Part shown: piece after piece, positions 61,978-64,000 of the stretch
Layout: each line of letters opens with the position of its first letter
Numbering within the stretch: position 1 is the stretch's first letter
NCBI GenBank assembly: GCA_040954595.2
Contig: CM082578.2
Location: 3,268,831 to 3,332,830 of the forward strand
From: Balanoglossus misakiensis
Lineage: Eukaryota; Animalia; Hemichordata
DNA: 64,000 bases
Direction of reading: 5' to 3'
Notes under the pieces: model-generated
What the model was told of the DNA's origin: nothing
The model's input: the letters and a program-made list of their open reading frames with translations, nothing else
Databases searched by the model: none
Translations under genes and position numbers: made by a program

Positions 61978-62399
61978 TACATCATGGTTGTATGAAGTCA
62001 GAACAGAATCGGTTCAAGTATGTCTGACATATGGCATTGCACTTGAATCTTTTGTGTGAAAAAGATGGTTGCCTGATGACCACACAGGGTTATCAGGATA
62101 CTTACTTGAATGTAGTGGTGTAGTCTCAGGTCATAGTTCATAGTCCCACAATGCTTGCAGTTGATGACATGGCTGAATAAAGTGTTGTTGTTACTGTTCC
62201 ATCTAGAAGCTGTGTGATTTGCATATTCTTTAACCCATCAACCATAACATCAGAAGAGGTGACAGAAGTCTGGGGAGGTTAATAGACAGCAACAACTTGT
62301 GATTAGTAGGATTTTTTACACAAGATAAGCATACAGTAAGTGCTATGGAGGAGTACCAACTTACCATTGTCAAAATGTACTATTGTCAGGACTCACTGA

Positions 62400-63380
62400 A
62401 GTCGAAGAAATAGAAGATGACATTCAGTGTTTTTGATGCAGTGACACTAATGGATGAAGCACTGACAGATCATGACAAGAACTTGATACAACCTCAAACT
62501 GAACAAAAAGAAGTTCACGCTAAGACACAAGAAATACTTCCCTTCCATGGATCAACTACTCAGTTGAGATGGATATCAGACAGATCCTGCTCAGGTGTCA
62601 GCAATTGTCAATGCTACAACCACGTGACAAAAAGGGAATTAATAGAGCACCTTTTGGGTTTTGTCAACTATATATCTCTTGCAATTCATGCCAAAGCTAT
62701 CAGAGATATGTGAACCACTATGCAAAGTAATTGAGAAGAGCCATACTACTTCAAGATAGACAGCCAGTGGCATTTGCATCAAGGTCAGTGTCACCAACTG
62801 AACGCGGATATGCCAAGATCGCAAAATAATGTTTGGCTATTAATGTTTATGTATGCTACAGATTCGATCATTTAAAAACATGTGGAAATATAACTTGCAG
62901 TATCCGATGCCCGCCAGGTTCAAAGATTTATGATCCCAAATATATGCTGAGCTGAGCCTGTGAACAAGGCAATTACAAGAGAGAAGTGCAGTCCAGAGTT
63001 TCAAAATTTCTAGATGACTGAGGAAAATCAACTTGACTCTGTGCGTTTGTCAGAAGGCATACACCACCAAGTCAAACGTACTTTGCATTGCAAGCTCAGC
63101 TTCATATGAACAATGATGACAGGCTTGCCACACTCACAGGAAGATGTTCTGATTAGTATCCAGGAACTTCTGGAACTTCACAGATGAATTAACTGCTCAA
63201 GATGGAGTTATGTTCAAAGGGATAAAAGTGATCATAGTACCAATGCCTATATGTCAACAGATGATCACAAGAGCTCACACCAGCCACCTTGGATATGATG
63301 CTTGCAAAGAGCAAGTGATGTTCTGTTTTGGCCAGGAATGACAGGGGAAATCACACAAATTTGCAGCAATTTTCTATCTA
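62400..63380 (+). pseudogene. Highly decayed Ty3/Gypsy pol relic
   Basis: Fragmentary DHDKNL, LLGFVNY, NFTDELTAQDGVMFKG.KVII, RAHTSHLG, QRASDVLFWPGM (integrase zinc-binding region). Confidence 0.7.
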
Positions 63381-63458
63381 TGGTAAACAACAGAAGGGGT
63401 CCATCAAGCCTCATCGATGTCCAGAAGAATAACAACCACTATGCCAACATCACAGTTA

Positions 63459-63675
63459 CACTACAGACTGAATGTCCTGCACATGGCGCGCTTGCCTGGC
63501 GCGCTCAGTGGCTTGCTGCGCGCGCCAGGGGGCTCGGTCCCTCCGGGCCCAGCAGGCCCATGGGCCCGCAGGGCTTGCTAATTAAATGTGTTTGGTGGGC
63601 CCGCATTCGGGCCCACCGGGCCCAGCTAGCCCATGGGCCCGCTGCGCTTGCTGTGTTTGGCGGGCCCGAATGAAC
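63459..63675 (+). mobile_element. Possible CACTA/EnSpm-type terminus with GGGCCC subterminal repeats
   Basis: CACTACAG at 63459 is followed by an abrupt GC-rich block with about seven GGGCCC motifs. The other end is not in the window. Confidence 0.35.
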
Positions 63676-64000
63676 ACATGAGAAGTCTGTCAGTCTTAGA
63701 ATGAGAAGAAGGCATGTTTGAGAATTCTGGAGTTAAGAATTGGGCTAGCATGTCACCCGTCGGAATAAATTAGACGTTTCGTGTGTGTCTGCACATGGAC
63801 GTAAAAAGAGATGGTCTGCATGTGTCCGAGATGTAATCAATGTGTCATGGTTTACTACGACAAATTCTAGCTCAGTCTTCTTGATCGGGCCTAGATTGAT
63901 CATTGCAACCTAATCATCAAAGTTAGCAAACATGTAAGATCGTTCGCGTTTGCCTGGGGTTCTACCTCCATTACTCGATCGGACTGTGACTCGATCTCTC

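Overview
Intron-containing, repeat-dense animal DNA, probably from a marine invertebrate (inferred from repeat style; the species cannot be determined). From left to right: (1) the end of a ~243-bp tandem satellite (1-3468). (2) A decayed BEL/Pao integrase fragment. (3) Spliced exons of a divergent, signal-peptide-bearing C-type-lectin-like family on the minus strand (6.4-6.8, 24.2 and 27.5-28.0 kb); two of these exons are not in the ORF track. (4) A 14-kb nested transposon stack: an Academ-like foldback element (7215-21305, CAA TSD, modular ~1.3-kb arms) holds a BEL/Pao LTR retrotransposon with near-identical LTRs but deleted protease and RT N-terminus, and a Harbinger MITE sits in one LTR. 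(5) Several Helentron-type non-autonomous elements carrying ~238-bp internal tandem repeats. (6) Many MITEs with Harbinger, Kolobok, P, Ginger, MULE-like and pogo signatures, plus hairpin-ended elements. (7) A 5'-truncated L2 LINE, and RTE and Gypsy relics. (8) Nine in-frame exons of a glutamate carboxypeptidase II (FOLH1/NAALAD2-like, M28B) gene on the minus strand (46764-51657). No intact C-terminal catalytic exons were found by eye, but two duplicated, heavily decayed look-alike relics lie at ~29.6-30.3 and ~36.5-37.1 kb. No CRISPR, rRNA or tRNA was detected. All calls come from reading the sequence; no searches were run.
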